Below are positions 60,220 through 64,000 of a stretch of DNA of 64,000 nt, one piece after another (position 1 is the stretch's first letter; every line of letters starts with the position of its first letter). The stretch covers positions 561,968,001-562,032,000 of the forward strand of contig NC_091283.1 of the NCBI RefSeq assembly GCF_032444005.1. Reading direction: 5' to 3'. Source of the stretch: Ranitomeya imitator (Eukaryota). The position numbers were made by a program, and so were the translations under genes. Under the pieces are notes generated by a model. It made no database searches and was not told where the DNA came from. It saw only the letters and a program-made list of their open reading frames with translations.

Positions 60220-62979
60220 CAGGGCCGACGTTAGGGACAGGCAAACCTGAGCACAACTCTGGATCTTCCAGAGGACACAGCTATGGAGGGCGCAGAAGTA
60301 GTAGTTACACACAGGGCCTTCGATAGGGGCAGGCAAACTAGGCATTTTCCTAGGGCCCCCATTCACCTAGGAGCCCCAGCCAGTGACGTGCCGCTAATAG
60401 TGGCCCACCATGCGGGCGCTATCGGGTTTGTGAGTCAGGGAGGCGCAATTCCAGCACCGCCTCCACCCCCCGCATTGCGCATGCAGCTGTATCGGCATCA
60501 TAGATGCCGATACAGCTGAAATCAATGATGGAGGAGATAGCGTCAGTGGGCCTTCTTTCTCCCATCATTCCACCTCTGCGTCTGATGCAGTGGGCGCGAT
60601 GACATCACTTCATCATGCACCACGCTGTGTCGAGCAGTGGTGCTGCTGAGTAAATGCGCTGCAGAGACTGAGGAGAGGTGAGTATGTATTTATTTTTAAA
60701 TCAGTGAGTATGTGGTGGCCATAATACTGGAGTAATGTGGGGTGTGCATTATATTATTTGAGGCTACGTTATACTATATGGGGGCTGCGCTATACTCTAT
60801 CAAGGACGATGGGAAGGGCATTATACAATGTACTATATGGAAGACTGTGGGGGGGTGCATTATACTATATGGAGGACTGTGGGGAGTGTATTATACTGCA
60901 TGGAGGGCTATTGGGAGTGTATTATACTATATGGAGGACTATGGGGAGTGCATAATACTATATGGAGGACTATGGGGAGTGCATAATACTATATGGAGGA
61001 CTATGGGGAGTGCATTATACTATATGGAGGACTATGGGGAGTGCATTATACTATATGGAGGACTATGGGGAGTGCATTATACTATATGGAGGACTATGGG
61101 GAGTGCATTATACTATATGGAGGACTATGGGGAGTGCATTATACTATGTGGAGGACTATGGGGAGTGCATTATACTATGTGAAGGACTATGGGGAGTGCA
61201 TTACACTATGTGGAGGACTATGCGGAGTGCATTACACTATATGGAGGACTATGGGGAGTGCATTACACTATATGGAGGACTATGGGGAGTGTATTACACT
61301 AGATGGAGGACTATGGGGAGTGTATTACACTATATGGAGGACTATGGGGAGTGTATTATACTATATGAAGAACTATGGGAAGTGCATTATACAATATGGA
61401 GGACTATTGGATGCATTATACTATACTGAGGACTATGGGAAGTGTATTATACTATATGGAGGATTATGGGGAGTGTATTATACTATATGGAGGACAATGG
61501 GGAGTGTATTATACTATATGGAGGATTATGGGGAGTGTATTATACTGTATGGAGGATTATGGGGAGTGTATTATACTATATGGAAAACTCTGGGGGGTGT
61601 ATTGTACTGCATGGAGGACTATGGGGAGTGTATTATATTATATAGAGAACTATGGGGAGTGTATTATACTATATGGAGAACTATGTGGAGTGTATTATAC
61701 TATATGGAGAACCATGTGGAGTGTATTATACCATATGGATTACCATGTGGAGTGTATTATACTATATGGAGAACCATGTGGAGTGTATTATACCATATGG
61801 AAAACGGTGGGGTGTGTATTATACTATATTGAGAACTATGGGGAGTGTACTATACTATATGGTGGACTATGGGGAGTGTATTATACTATATGGTGGACTA
61901 TGGGGAGTGTATTATACTATACGGTGGACTATGGGGAGTGTATTATACTATACGGTGGACTATGGGGAGTGTATTATACTATATGGAGGACTATGGGAAG
62001 TGTATTATACTATATGGAGGACTATGGGGAGTGTATTATACTATGTGGAGGACTATGGGGAGTGCATTATACTATGTGGAGAACTATGGGGGTGTATTAT
62101 ACTATATGGAGGACTATGGGGAGTGTATTATACTATATGGAGAACTATGGGGAGTGTATTATACTATATGGTGGACTATGGGGAGTGTATTATACTGCAT
62201 GGAGGGCTATTGGGAGTGTATTATACTATATGGAGAACTATGTGGAGTGTATTATACTATATGAAGAACTATGTGGAGTGTATTATACTATATGGAGAAC
62301 TGTGGGGAGTGTATAATACTATAATGAGAACTATGGGGAGTGTATTATACTATATTGAGGACTATGGGGAGTGTATTATACTATATGGTGGACTATGGGG
62401 AGTGTATTATACTATATGGTGGACTATGGGGAGTGTATTATACTGCATGGAGGACTAATGGGAGTGTATTATACTGCATGGAGGACTATGGGGTGTGTAT
62501 TATACTATATGGAGCACTATGGGGGTGTATTATACTATATGGAGAACTATGGGGTGTGTATTATACTATAGGGAGCAGTATGGGGTGTGTATTATACTAT
62601 ATGGAGCGTTATACTGCATCGAGAACTATGGGGAGTATTATATTATATGAAGGGCTATACTATGGGGGGGTGCATTATATTATTTAATATGTGGAGGACA
62701 ATTGGGTGCATTATACTATGTGTAGGACTATGGGGTGCATTATAATATATGGAGGACTATGGGGTGCATTATACTAAACAAACAAAATGCTGCATATTCA
62801 TCGAGTGATTGGCCCTCGACCGGTGTAAACAGGCTGGGAAACAAGTCGAATGACCAATACTGTCGATCACACTCGTTTATCAGCCTGAACTCAGCACATG
62901 TAAATAAAAGTGAAATGTTTCTGTGTAATGGAGCAATGTGTGAGGAATTTGGGCCCCACTTAGTCTATAACTGGCCCTG
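60220..62979. mobile_element. Non-autonomous hAT-type element (CAGGGCC TIR) carrying a minisatellite
   Basis: CAGGGCC at 60220 and GGCCCTG at 62973-62979; 8-bp TSD TCTACAAG/TCTACATG (7/8). Confidence 0.7.
60735..62775. repeat. 31-bp minisatellite (GGAGGACTATGGGGAGTGYATTATACTATAT), ~65 copies
   Basis: Period checked at 61021/61052. Confidence 0.97.
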
Positions 62980-63616
62980 TCTACATGTTACGAATGCTGT
63001 ACGGAGCAGGACATGTCACCCCGAGCTTAATAGTTGCATTAGATAGACGAATGGTCATATCAAAACTAGCAGTATCATCTAATGATGAATCCCTTTTGGT
63101 TCTGTGGGGCAGTGGAATTATAGAGGAAACCTACGAATTGGAAGAAAAAAAGAACTCTACGTGCCCAGAATGCTGATCAGAAGAGAATGTGTTTTGCTGA
63201 AGTCATGGCTAAGAGTCCCAGGGGTATTTTTGGATGTTTTGGTGTGTACACAGGCTATGGAAGAAAGACTATGCCAGATTTTTTATATATCCATTAGGCT
63301 GTGTCCTGTTTTTGGATAACAAAAAAATGGAAATAAAATATTCCAGTACACGATCCACTTATTAGGCTGTGATGGTGGTTTGTGCAAGTTTTTTTATCCA
63401 GCCAAAAAAAAGGATAACAACTGGATCTGTTTTTGTAACACTGCATAATGGATAGTCACCTGTGTATAAGCCCTGTGCATGGCCAGAACACTAGAGGCGC
63501 TCAGATGTGTCTGATAAAATGGACAGAACAGAACCAGATGTCTCTGTGTTAGTAACGGGGCCAGTCTGGTTTTTAATAAAAGACGACAACTGGACAGGTG
63601 AACAGAGCCTTGAACT

Positions 63617-63813
63617 GCGGGTGGCTCAGTGGGTAGCACTGTTACTGGGGTCCTGGGTTCTAATCCCACCAAGGACAACATCTGCAAGGAGTTGGTGTGG
63701 TGTTTGCCTGGGTTTCCTCCCACACTCCAGACACATACTGATAGGGAATGTAGAGTGTGAGCCCCAATGGGGACAGTGGGGATAATGTCTGTGGAATTAA
63801 TGGCGCTATACAA
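63617..63813 (+). mobile_element. tRNA-derived SINE, V-SINE-like
   Basis: Pol III A box TGGCTCAGTGG (63622-63632), B box GGTTCTAATCC (63656-63666), central GGGTTTCCTCCCACACTCCA similar to the V domain, and 3' GGCGCTATACAA tail. Confidence 0.7.
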
Positions 63814-64000
63814 GAAGCCCATACTAATGGCCTGATGTGCTGCGGCGGCAGGCGCTCACCATTGCCCTGATAAGCAGATGGCGTGAGCGGCAGAATGAAG
63901 TGGCGGCTATTGGAACATCAAAGACAAATGTGACTGCCGCTGACACAAAGCAACAAACACTCAGCAAGGTGAAGCCAGTACTCAGCATTCATACCACCCA

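Noticed and set aside
60737-62687. Many overlapping MEDYGECIILY-type ORFs
   Set aside because: Produced by a 31-bp minisatellite cycling through all three frames.
63617-63690. tRNA gene
   Set aside because: It has A and B boxes but no complete cloverleaf and continues into a SINE body, so it was called a SINE.

Overview
Eukaryotic genomic DNA, almost certainly from a frog (inferred from the repeat families and gene content; the ORF track's alternative starts and most of its ORFs are artefacts). Two host genes lie on the minus strand in the same order as in human 17q25. PRPSAP1 has a complete 10-exon CDS (54494..41054, 1071 nt, 356 aa, all GT-AG introns). QRICH2 is represented only by its first coding exon (13427..13008), with a perfect RFX X-box upstream. 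Most of the rest is repeat DNA. It includes an ~8 kb 89-bp satellite with higher-order block duplications in QRICH2 intron 1, two non-autonomous Helitrons, and a young full-length Gypsy chromovirus (Tf1/sushi type, 794-bp LTRs, one frameshift, apparent self-priming PBS). Also present are a near-intact Tc1 (DD34E), a decayed hAT transposase, many hAT/Harbinger/Kolobok/piggyBac MITEs (often nested), a V-SINE-like element and TE-borne minisatellites. The most unexpected signals are a foldback element carrying two inverted type I hammerhead ribozyme motifs (~27.9-28.1 kb), a ~0.8 kb mini-LTR element bracketed by an ~84-bp direct duplication (~57.6-58.6 kb), and a 76-bp inverted duplication bracketing a 3.8-kb transposon nest. 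No CRISPR array, rRNA or true tRNA gene was found. All coordinates and counts were read by eye.
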